This document shows positions 7,714-16,684 of a stretch of DNA of 18,174 bases, piece after piece. Both the position numbers and the translations under genes were made by a program. Source of the stretch: Promethearchaeota archaeon Loki_b31 (GTDB taxonomy: Archaea; Asgardarchaeota; Lokiarchaeia; Sigyniarchaeales; SOKP01); the NCBI GenBank assembly GCA_005222975.1, contig NJBI01000061.1, positions 1 through 18,174 of the forward strand, in the 5' to 3' direction. A model generated the notes under the pieces. It did not search any database and was not told the DNA's origin. It was given only the letters and a program-made list of their open reading frames with translations. Each line of letters starts with the position of its first letter. Position 1 is the stretch's first letter.

Positions 7714-9186
7714 CTAGATTTCCCATTCATCATATAACCTTTTAAGGGTATTTCTCCCTACTCCATATTTTTTAGCTAATTGTGTGAGGGAAGAGTTTTT
7801 AAGGAGTCCTTGTAAATTTTCCTTGCTTCCTATTTTTTTTTTTAGCAATTCTCTTTTTGTTAAGTAATTTGTTTTGATATTCCATTCATCCATTAGATTA
7901 AGGCGTGTTTTATACCCAATTTTGAGTTCTTTAGCCGTCTTTTCTTTTCCATCTGTCTCAATCATGTTAATTAAATTTTCTTTAGTTTTAACTTTCGCTT
8001 TCAATTTTTCAACAGCAGATATTTTCTTCACATTAACATCCCACTCAATAGATAATTTATGTAAAGTATTAAAAGAAACTTTCAACATCTTTGCTAATTT
8101 TTCTTTCCCATGTGTCTTGATTACTTTTTCTAGGACTTCTGGACTTCTAATCTTGTTTTTAATAGTTTCCATAACATGTAATTGCTCGCTAAATCTTTTT
8201 CTTTTCCTTGTTAGACTATTATGATAAGAGTCCATCATTTTATTTAACAAATTAGGATTTAGAGCAAACTCATATATCGGTTTTGTTCGTTTGATTTTAA
8301 ATTTTAACTCTTCAGATAATTCGTCAACCTCACGCTTTCTAATCTCTGTTTTTATCTTATATACATTCTTAATCTGTAGTAGAAAGGAATAATTAGTAGA
8401 GTAGATAATTGTTCCTCCTTCTTTTCCATCTCCATCATAAATCCCAAGTAATAGTGCATAAGAAAGATTATTATTTTTTAAGTTAAATTTTAGTTCATTT
8501 CCTTCTTTAAATTCTCTTAATCCTAGGTTTTCAATATCTTGAAACATTGGTTTGCATGTAAAAATGATATAAACTAGACGATGTTTTTTATTATTAAGAA
8601 TCTTTGTTCTTTCACCAATTTTAGCTGGATTTAAACCTACAGCACGACAAAATTTAACTAAATGACTTCTATCTTTTTTGGATATTTCTATAGATACCTG
8701 ATATCTTTTTCTCGAAGGATCATTACCACTTGTGATTGAGCCATCTGAACATAGAAAACCAAACCAATAAGTCTTTTCAGCCGTATCAAGACATTTGAAA
8801 AAACGAGATTTTAAGTGTGGATTATATTTCTTCCATTGCTCGTGGAAGTAGTGTTTTAGATCCCTATTTACATGGTGATATTTCTCTATATTTTTTAGAA
8901 CTAATTCACTTGAAGGTCCATATTTTTCTTGTATATTCTCCTTTGCAATTTTTAATACTTTTATGGAAAATTTATAATTAGGATTATAATCTGGATTATG
9001 TGAGTTTCTTATTTTAGATAAAATATGTTTTAAAAAATGTTTTCCTTTATTAAAAATCATAACACTAATATTTTCTAAAAGCTTAGTTTTTGAGAGATTT
9101 TTAAGCTGATCATCAATATCAGGAATATTTTGTAATAGGTCATTAATTAGATCCAATGTTGTATTGGTGTGATTGTTATTGTTCAT
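7714..9186 (-). CDS. Free-standing double-motif LAGLIDADG endonuclease-like protein with three C-terminal HTH repeats
   Basis: Motif 1 YWFGFLCSDGSI and motif 2 ALLLGIYDGDG. The C-terminal 159 aa are three 53-aa HTH-like repeats. No intein splice residues or host-gene flanks. Confidence 0.82.
   Translation of the reverse strand: MNNNNHTNTTLDLINDLLQNIPDIDDQLKNLSKTKLLENISVMIFNKGKHFLKHILSKIRNSHNPDYNPNYKFSIKVLKIAKENIQEKYGPSSELVLKNIEKYHHVNRDLKHYFHEQWKKYNPHLKSRFFKCLDTAEKTYWFGFLCSDGSITSGNDPSRKRYQVSIEISKKDRSHLVKFCRAVGLNPAKIGERTKILNNKKHRLVYIIFTCKPMFQDIENLGLREFKEGNELKFNLKNNNLSYALLLGIYDGDGKEGGTIIYSTNYSFLLQIKNVYKIKTEIRKREVDELSEELKFKIKRTKPIYEFALNPNLLNKMMDSYHNSLTRKRKRFSEQLHVMETIKNKIRSPEVLEKVIKTHGKEKLAKMLKVSFNTLHKLSIEWDVNVKKISAVEKLKAKVKTKENLINMIETDGKEKTAKELKIGYKTRLNLMDEWNIKTNYLTKRELLKKKIGSKENLQGLLKNSSLTQLAKKYGVGRNTLKRLYDEWEI
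7717..8193 (-). repeat. Three tandem 53-aa HTH-like protein repeats
   Basis: The repeats end KLAKMLKVSFNTLHKLSIEWDV / KTAKELKIGYKTRLNLMDEWNI / QLAKKYGVGRNTLKRLYDEWEI at an exact 53-residue period (aa 332-384, 385-437, 438-490). Confidence 0.85.
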
Positions 9187-9331
9187 TAAAATAAGAAAAT
9201 TAACTATAAGATTTATATCCTAAGAGAGCTATAAATTTTCGAGAAATATAGAGAAAATGTAGAGATATTATCCTATTAAGAAAGTTATATAGAAAGAATA
9301 TAAGATTTACATAAAATTCTTAAGAGAAATC

Positions 9332-9559
9332 TTACTTGGTTGTTTCTAACGTTTTAATCGCCCCAGGTTTTTTCTCGAGTTCTTTATACGAAACTCTTAA
9401 AAGACTATCAAAATAAAAAGTAGATGTTTTACCACAAGATTCGCTTTTATGAAGGATATACACCGGAGCGGGATATTGAGACGAGTCGATATCTTCTATC
9501 TCTATAGTGAATACTATTTTCTCATGGCAAAACGGACAAGTGTTAAATCTAATCGGCAT
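9332..9559 (-). CDS. Small hypothetical protein, possibly Zn-binding
   Basis: 75 aa with CPFC and H-x4-C (HKSESC). ATG start, co-oriented with the LAGLIDADG gene. Confidence 0.7.
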   Translation of the reverse strand: MPIRFNTCPFCHEKIVFTIEIEDIDSSQYPAPVYILHKSESCGKTSTFYFDSLLRVSYKELEKKPGAIKTLETTK

Positions 9560-9687
9560 AATAAATTCTCAATTTTATTTAAATAATATACATGTTCTTA
9601 TTTTTAATTAGTTGTAATATTTGTAAACATATTATTTACTCTAAAAATAATTATAAAACAAGACACTTTTTATTAAATTGATTTTAA

Positions 9688-11835
9688 ATGACTAAAACAG
9701 GTTTTAAGAAACTTGCAATTTTTTCACTAATTATCTTGGTTCTTATTCCAGTTGTAAGCCTTAAGATAGAATTTAGCAGTCCAATCGCAAATTATAAGAA
9801 TCAATTAGACAAATTGAAAACGGCCAACATCGTCCCCGAAATTGATTTATCTCAATTGCCAGAAATTGACTTTGAAACATTAAACGCCAATTGGTACGAT
9901 CAAAAGATAGAGATGCTTATAATTATAAATGACACGAGTTTTTTGGATGCTGTTACCCCTTTAATGGAATGGAAAAACGAGAAAGGGGTTAAAACCATCA
10001 TTTTATCCAACTATTCGGATTATGAAGGGAGGGATAAAGCAGAGCAAATTCGAAATATGATAAAAGGGTACTACGAAAAGGAAAACATTCAATGGGTTCT
10101 TCTCGCCGGCGATGCTGAAGATAATTTAATTCCTATAAGACAAGTATATAACCCGGATGTAACGCTAGTAAATGGTCAATCTGAATATTCGAAGTGGGAC
10201 GACTATTATAAGCCAACTGATTTTTATTATGCAGATTTAACAGGATCGTGGGACGTTAATGGCAATAGTAGATGGGGCGAATCTTCGGAATACACGGGAA
10301 ATATTGATGAGATATCGTGGATACCAGAAGTCTATGTTGGTCGTTTACCAGCTGATAATATTGTTGAGCTTTCTAATATGATCAACAAAACTTTAAAATA
10401 TGAAACAGATCCTTTTATGGGAGATTGGATGAATAAAATGCTATTAGCAGGGGGTGTTTCGTCATTTTTGCCTCCTGAAGACGAGGCTCGCTTAACAGAA
10501 TATATTTGGCAGAACTATACGGCATCAGAAATGAATTTTACTCACTTAACTAAAACAACACCTAGCTTCGAACCTGCAACTCCAGACTACCCAAACCAAC
10601 TAGACGCTCTAAATCTAGAGAATTTCGTAAGCGAATTAAATTCGGGATATTCTACAATAATTTTCGCTGGGCATGGTGATCCAACTAGGTTTACAGATGC
10701 GAGTAGTTTAACTTTTTATAATAATACGGAAGCACTATTGATTAGTAATATTAACATGCCATCGTTATTATATGCGGATGCTTGTACAACTTCTTCTTAC
10801 GATCAAGGCGATAATAGCATAGGAGAACGCTTAATAAAACGACCTTTAGCGGGAACAGTGGGCTATATAGGAAGTATAAGAGTAAGTTGGTATTTTGATT
10901 TTGATGCAAATCTTGAAAAATTAAATCGTGGCAACGCGAAATTGTTTTGGAAAGAGTTTTTCGATGAAAAAAAGTTCCAACAAGGAAGGGCGTTATACGA
11001 TTCTAAGGTTACCTATATGAATAGCGATTACTTCAAAAGAGGTGACGCTTCGATGGTGCAAGAGTGGCAACGTAAAAATATTCTAACGTACAATTTGCTA
11101 GGCGACCCCGAACTGGATATATACACAGACATACCTAGAAGCGCTCCAAATCATTTTAACGAAAGTATTTACGAAGGTCAGCTCGTTTCATTACAAGTTA
11201 GAGATGATCTTGGTAGTATTGTTCCGGGAGCAAGAATTAACTTAAGAACTACAGATGGAAAATATCGAACTGTTTATGCTGATAAAAATGGGTTTGTAGA
11301 TTTTAGATTACCAGTTGGAGCAAACGAAAATTATAGTACTATTATTACGGGTCATAATGTAATTCCTTCTTATCATAACTTTACTACGCTTCTAGATACA
11401 GACAATCCCATAGTATCTAATGTAAATTATGTTCCAATAAACCCCACAGTATCTGATAATCTTCTGTTTTCTATTAACGCTAGTGATAATCATTCTGGAA
11501 TCGAAAGCGTATTTCTATTAATATCAAAGAATGATTTCACGGATTTTTCGACTCATAGATTATCTAACCATTTCAATGAAAGTAAACGGGAGTTTAATAT
11601 TACCTTAAACAAAATGGAGCCTGGAAAATATTCATACCTCGTAATTGCGAGAGATTTTACAAATAAAACTACCATTTATTACGAGGATAATTTCAATTTT
11701 GCAATACCTAAGCCATTTACGGACTTCGTTCTAGTTATTGCATCAATTATGATTGTAGGTTTGGCAGGAATATCGTCAACAATTATATTAGTTAGATTTA
11801 GAAGGTACAAAAACGACCTTAGAAAATTAGAATGA
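9688..11835 (+). CDS. Peptidase C25 (gingipain-like) cysteine protease, secreted and membrane-anchored
   Basis: WKNEKG, VLLAGD, TDFYYADL, VGRLP, catalytic His in FAGHG, catalytic Cys in ADAC, YNLLGDPEL. Signal peptide, Ig-like C-terminal domains, C-terminal TM helix with basic tail. Confidence 0.92.
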   Translation: MTKTGFKKLAIFSLIILVLIPVVSLKIEFSSPIANYKNQLDKLKTANIVPEIDLSQLPEIDFETLNANWYDQKIEMLIIINDTSFLDAVTPLMEWKNEKGVKTIILSNYSDYEGRDKAEQIRNMIKGYYEKENIQWVLLAGDAEDNLIPIRQVYNPDVTLVNGQSEYSKWDDYYKPTDFYYADLTGSWDVNGNSRWGESSEYTGNIDEISWIPEVYVGRLPADNIVELSNMINKTLKYETDPFMGDWMNKMLLAGGVSSFLPPEDEARLTEYIWQNYTASEMNFTHLTKTTPSFEPATPDYPNQLDALNLENFVSELNSGYSTIIFAGHGDPTRFTDASSLTFYNNTEALLISNINMPSLLYADACTTSSYDQGDNSIGERLIKRPLAGTVGYIGSIRVSWYFDFDANLEKLNRGNAKLFWKEFFDEKKFQQGRALYDSKVTYMNSDYFKRGDASMVQEWQRKNILTYNLLGDPELDIYTDIPRSAPNHFNESIYEGQLVSLQVRDDLGSIVPGARINLRTTDGKYRTVYADKNGFVDFRLPVGANENYSTIITGHNVIPSYHNFTTLLDTDNPIVSNVNYVPINPTVSDNLLFSINASDNHSGIESVFLLISKNDFTDFSTHRLSNHFNESKREFNITLNKMEPGKYSYLVIARDFTNKTTIYYEDNFNFAIPKPFTDFVLVIASIMIVGLAGISSTIILVRFRRYKNDLRKLE

Positions 11836-11882
11836 AATTAAAGAGTCATTTGCTATTCCTTTTAAATTTAACGATTCATTAT

Positions 11883-11897
11883 GAAAAAGTTTAATTA
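11883..11897 (+). promoter_or_regulatory. Putative BRE-TATA promoter for the intergenic structured RNA
   Basis: GAAAAAG-TTTAATTA ends about 25 nt upstream of the first base (11923) of the first hairpin. Confidence 0.45.
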
Positions 11898-11922
11898 CTA
11901 GTCTTTACTACTCTATATACTT

Positions 11923-12214
11923 GCAACCATATAAGGAAAGCATTTTACAATAATAGCCGAACTTATAAGATGGTTGTTCATAGAAAAAAAAAAACCATAT
12001 AAATTGTGCGCAACTCGCGCAACTCCTGGAAGTTAAACTGTTTTGCGTTGTGGATAGTACTGTAGTAGAAAGACTATGGGAAACTACAAACTGTGGCTTC
12101 GGCTACGGTCATGGTATTACAGGATAAAACCTGGTCACATCCGAAAAACAATCTGCCGAACAGATGGTTCGGGAACCCAGAAAGCGGTAATTTATATGGT
12201 TATACGGATTTTTT
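11923..12214 (+). ncRNA. Unclassified structured RNA candidate (5' hairpin plus multibranched domain of about 210 nt)
   Basis: Locally GC-enriched non-coding island. 13-bp perfect closing helix 11993-12005/12189-12201, a C(UUCG)G-capped stem at 12091-12108, and several nested stems whose G-U pairs work only on the + strand. T6 run at 12209-12214. Confidence 0.62.
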
Positions 12215-12264
12215 AAACCATAAATTATATAATAAGAACAAATTAACCGTAATTGAAGATTTGT

Positions 12265-12807
12265 ATGCCTAGCAAATTCGTAAAAATACTAAAGACAATT
12301 GGAAGAAAATGGTTTATATTTCTTATTATTGCAATTCTTATCGTTTTTATATTTTATCAACTAGCAGCTATAATAATGACTATTATTACTATAGTGTTAT
12401 TTGCCCTTTCTTACATTCCAACCCTATTTTTTAATAAAAAGCTCAAAAAATTTTTATCGGATTATAGCTCAATCGAAGATAAAATGGTTGCTAGAAAGCT
12501 TAAACGTTCCTTACCCCAAATCCAAGAAAAGATGCACAATTTATCGAAAAAGCAAATCAAGAAGAATTGGTTGATTATTTTTACGAATAGACACTATATT
12601 TTTTACAACGAGGAGACCGTTGAAAAATTTAAGGTGTATTATACTAAGGGATTAGGAGAAAAAGAAATTCTTGAGAAACTTAAAAAAAGCAATATTAAAA
12701 CTAGAGATGAAATTAAAGCTATCGAAGAAACTTTAGTAGAAAATAGTAGGTTAGAGGCACGAGAAGTTTCCGTTAAAGAATATCGAGATAAACAAAGGTA
12801 TTCGTGA
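12265..12807 (+). CDS. Hypothetical membrane protein (two N-terminal TM helices, basic helical cytoplasmic domain)
   Basis: Hydrophobic WFIFLIIAILIVFIF and AAIIMTIITIVLFALSYIP. ATG at 12265 is preferred over TTG at 12253. Confidence 0.75.
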   Translation: MPSKFVKILKTIGRKWFIFLIIAILIVFIFYQLAAIIMTIITIVLFALSYIPTLFFNKKLKKFLSDYSSIEDKMVARKLKRSLPQIQEKMHNLSKKQIKKNWLIIFTNRHYIFYNEETVEKFKVYYTKGLGEKEILEKLKKSNIKTRDEIKAIEETLVENSRLEAREVSVKEYRDKQRYS

Positions 12808-12845
12808 GTTAAATGGATTTTTTTAAATATTTTCATTCTTTTAGA

Positions 12846-14954
12846 TTAATTTTTAATATTGTTTGTTAATTTAATGACCGTACCTTCGATTTCTTTGGGA
12901 TTGCCTTTATCATCCCTTATTAAATGAGAATTTAATTGGATATTTATTATCTTTCCATCAGGAGTTTTAATTTGAGAGGTAAAATTTCTAACAAAACCCT
13001 TTTCTAATAAATCTTTATAATATTTTTTTTGATCACTTGCGTTCACAAAAAATTGGGAAGATTTAGAGCCAACCAGCGATATGGATTCACTCAAACCTAA
13101 TATCTTAATAAGCGCCGCATTGTGCATTAATAACTTTTCCTTAAACTCTCCTTTATAAAATCCTACATCTAAGTCGTTTAACATTCTTTTATATTTTTCT
13201 TCTGATTCCTTTAATTCTCTAGTTTTTTCCTCAACTTTTTGGACTAGGGTTTCGTTTAATAATTTCAAACTAATTTCAGATTGCATTAATGAATCCTCTG
13301 TTAATTTGCGTGTCGTAATGTCGCGTATTATCACAATCGCCAGTTCTGTTTCTCCTTCGAGATTTAATCCAGCTGCACTTGAAGTAGTCCAACAGACTAT
13401 TTTGTTCCCAATTATGTTGACATATTCTTTTTCTTTCTCGTGTATTTTTCCATCTAAAAAGGTTTTTAGGATCATACACTCTTTACACGGTTTACCGCGG
13501 TGCATTAAAACATTGTAACATTTTTTACTAGTTAATTGCATTCCAAATGTTTGTTTTGCTACATTATTAACCCAAATAATATTTAAATGATTATCTACAA
13601 GATAAATCGTATCTGTTAAAGAAGACATGATCCCTGCCAGTAATTGATGGCTTCCTTTCAATGTTTCCTCGGACCATTTGCGTTCTAAAGCGTTACTAAT
13701 AATTTCAGATGTAGTTTGGAGTAAATAAAAATCTTCTTCTTCCCATTTACTTACCCGTTCAATATTATCAAATCCTATGAACCCATATAATTCATTTTTA
13801 ATTTTAATTGGAAAAACAAGCAAGGAATTAATCTTCAATTTTTCTAATTCTCTTCTTGTTGCGCTTGCTTCTTCTGGTAATTCTGATACATCTTTAATGT
13901 AAATAAAATTTTTTTCTCTACTTTGCTTTGAACTCCAAGGAAGCTTTTTATAATCTATAGTTGTTAAGTTAATCATTTGGGGTTCTATTCCCTCAGCACA
14001 TCATTCTTGGATATAAGATTCAAGAGAATCTTTTTCGTTAAACAGTAAAATATATGCCCGTGTAGCACCAATTAGAGTTCCCATATCAAGAAGTGATTCG
14101 CTAATTGCCTTATCAATATCAATATTACCAATAAGTCTTGATGAAATGGTAGAGATGAATTTTTCGTTTTCAAGTTTTCGCTTAATTTTTTGTTCGAAAT
14201 TTTTACGTTCTGTGATATCGATTATAAACGCTTGGATTAATTGCTCTTCACCGACCTTTATCAACGAGATTTGACTACTTATCCATGCTTTACTTCCGTC
14301 TTTTTTGTATATTTCAAATTCAATAGGTTTAATAGGTTTTCCCTCCAATAAACGAGATAATAGTGATTTAAATAATGGAATAAGGTTTGAAGGGTACGCT
14401 GCTAACTTTAAATAATTCTTGTTTAGTAAATCGTCTTTGGTATAACCAGATTGCATTTCTGTTGCAAGATTAACGTCGAATATTGCCCCGTTTAATTTTA
14501 ATAGAACAATTGATTCAGGTGAATGTTCGAATAATTGTCTATATTTTTTTTCAGAACCTATAAGCTTTTTTTCCGCTAGTTTCCATTGCGTTATATCATT
14601 TATATGAACAATTATCAAATCGGGTGGTAGAAAATGCATCTTAAGGGATATATAAACTTCTTCACCAGTTGTTTTCATAATATATTCAGATATTTTAGAA
14701 ATACTTTTTTTCTCTTGAAAGCATTGATTTAACGCTTCAATAATGTCTAGTCTATCTTCATGAATTTCAGATGCTTTCTTATGTAAAAGATCCTTAATCT
14801 TTCCCTTAGTTACTATTTCAGCTGCTTTGTTATAATCAATTAGTATAAAATTATTATTTTTCTCTTGCCAAACATAAGATGGTATTGGGATACCATCAAA
14901 AAAAATTCTAATATTCTTTTCTAGAAGAAATGTTTTACTTTCTAATTCCTCCAT
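12846..14954 (-). pseudogene. PAS-PAS-GAF-PAS-PAS sensor protein, a single reading frame interrupted by one in-frame TGA (14001-14003)
   Basis: ORFs 14001..14954 and 12846..13976 are in the same frame and read YIQE*CAEGIEPQMINL across the junction. PAS/PAC signatures DITQWK, DITERK and DITTRK; GAF signature SLLVFPI...LYGFIGFDN. No kinase domain. Confidence 0.75.
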
Positions 14955-15123
14955 TAGAATTGCCCCTTGTTATTTTTATTTTTATTTAAATCTATTTCAT
15001 TAAAATAGAATTTCACAAGTATTAACCTCGATTAATAATTCGTTAGTTAATTATATAAAATTTTATCAAATATCGAAAAAATAATTAAAAAATAGGATAG
15101 AAAAAAAATTGAGTTAATTCAAA

Positions 15124-15411
15124 CTAAATATCTAAATCTCCAAAATTATAATATTTCTTAACGGGTTTCTTAACGTTCCAAACGCATTTTAACCCTTTAG
15201 GAAATTGTACTAAATCTCCTTTTTTAAATTCTAGTTTTTCCCCAGTTGTATTATCCGTTACTTCGACTTCTCCTTCTAATATGTAACAAGTTTCCGTACT
15301 ATCGTAAGACCAATCAAAAATACTCTTCTCTTTTTCCCAAATGCCCCATGATTTAACTCGTAATTTAGTTAACTCTTCCTCAGTAGGTATTATCTTTTTC
15401 ATTATCATCAC
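15124..15411 (-). CDS. Cupin domain protein (DUF861/Cupin_3, EutQ-like)
   Basis: WGIWEKE..FDWSY...ETCYILEGEVEV...GDLVQFPKGLKCVW.V. Confidence 0.9.
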   Translation of the reverse strand: MMIMKKIIPTEEELTKLRVKSWGIWEKEKSIFDWSYDSTETCYILEGEVEVTDNTTGEKLEFKKGDLVQFPKGLKCVWNVKKPVKKYYNFGDLDI

Positions 15412-15653
15412 TATTGCTTATAATCTAATAATTGATTTTAGTAAAGTGCAATTAATTATAAGAAATTTTAAAATAAATATTAATTGTTTAATGGTGTTTC
15501 GGATTTCTTTTGTAATTAAAAAGAATTATATAAGAAAATTTTTGTATTATATCTATATTAAGTTGCAAACTTAAAATTTGATTACAAATTAAGGTGTTCT
15601 TTTAAGCTTCTATTTAAAACTTTTATTAGATTATCCGATTATGCGATTATATT

Positions 15654-16175
15654 ATGACTAAAAAGTTTATCTTAAAGATCCTCCTTGCTGGCGAGGGTGG
15701 CGTAGGAAAAACCACGCTTCTTCATAGATTTGTAGATGGAAGATTCAGTGCCGAAACTCGTATGACTATCGGTGTCGAATTTTTCCTTAAGGAGGTAGAA
15801 ATCAATAGTCATCATTGTACACTGCAATTGTGGGATTTTGGGGGTCAGCAACGGTTTAGATTTCTATTAGAAAGCTATGTTTTAGGAGCTAAAGGCGCGT
15901 TATTACTTTTTGACCTAACCCGCCCAATTACCTTAGAAAAATTAGAACAATGGGTTGAAATCTGTAGAAAGAACGATCCCGATTTACCAATTCTCTTTTT
16001 AGGGACTAAAACTGATTTGGCTGATGACATTATGGTTCATGATGATTACGCTTTGGAATTTAAGGAAGCATTCAATTTATTTGATTTTTTAAAGGTTTCG
16101 AGCAAATCTGGAGATAATGTAAATAATGCTTTTGATTTATTAACGAAAAAAATATTAGAACGCCAAAATTATTAA
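15654..16175 (+). CDS. Ras-superfamily (Rab-like) small GTPase
   Basis: G1 GEGGVGKT, G2/RabF1-like TIGVEF, G3 LQLWDFGGQQRF, G4 TKTD, G5 VSSK. No C-terminal prenylation cysteines. Confidence 0.93.
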   Translation: MTKKFILKILLAGEGGVGKTTLLHRFVDGRFSAETRMTIGVEFFLKEVEINSHHCTLQLWDFGGQQRFRFLLESYVLGAKGALLLFDLTRPITLEKLEQWVEICRKNDPDLPILFLGTKTDLADDIMVHDDYALEFKEAFNLFDFLKVSSKSGDNVNNAFDLLTKKILERQNY

Positions 16176-16198
16176 ATTTTTAACCTATATGTCAAATA

Positions 16199-16630
16199 AT
16201 GTTAGAAAATTTAATCGTAATAGATGCTAACTTTATTTTACTTCCATTTCAATTTAAAATAGATTATCTATACGAAATAGACGCGGGGTTAGAAGGAAAA
16301 ACTATTTTTATCGTTTATAAGCAAATTCTCGACGAACTAGAAGCTAAAAGGATTCGAGAATCAGAAGCTAGAAAATTTCACATGAATTTTAAGGCTGGAC
16401 TTTTATATTTAGAAAAAAATAACGAAAAATATAATATTGATTACAAAAAAAACATAAAATTAAAAGATGAAACCACAGATAACTTTTTATTAAAGTCTTG
16501 TATGGAGTTAAAAAGTATAAGCAAAAGAGTCTTTTTAGCTACTAACGACGCAGAATTGCGTAGAAAAGCAAATGAAATGGAAGTCAGCACGATTTTTTTA
16601 CGACAGAAAAAATATCTTTCTTTCGATTAA
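16199..16630 (+). CDS. PIN-domain nuclease, archaeal Fcf1/Utp24-like
   Basis: VIDANFILLPFQFKID, ILDELE, TDNFLL, LATNDAELRRKA, FLRQKKYL. Confidence 0.85.
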   Translation: MLENLIVIDANFILLPFQFKIDYLYEIDAGLEGKTIFIVYKQILDELEAKRIRESEARKFHMNFKAGLLYLEKNNEKYNIDYKKNIKLKDETTDNFLLKSCMELKSISKRVFLATNDAELRRKANEMEVSTIFLRQKKYLSFD

Positions 16631-16684
16631 AGATGGCTTAAAAATTTTGATCCATTTGTTGCAAATCTCATCCTTCACCTTAAG

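Noticed and set aside
7714-9186. Intein-associated endonuclease
   Set aside because: No N-terminal Cys/Ser splice block, no His-Asn C-terminal motif and no extein flanks.
11970-12127. Small ORF with a frameshift at the A11 run (11984-11994)
   Set aside because: The translation resembles nothing recognisable, and the dense stem pattern is better explained by RNA structure.
11993-12201. RNase P RNA, SRP RNA or tRNA
   Set aside because: The 3' part (CAGAAAGCGGTAAT) loosely resembles RNase P CR-V, but no GAGGAAAGUCC-like CR-I able to form a proper P4 is present. There is no SRP helix-8 motif and no cloverleaf. A covariance-model search is needed to exclude a divergent version.
14001-14003. Selenocysteine codon
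   Set aside because: Lokiarchaeia are known to use Sec, but this position corresponds to Trp in the EWC GAF motif rather than a catalytic Cys, and I see no convincing SECIS in the short 3' region.
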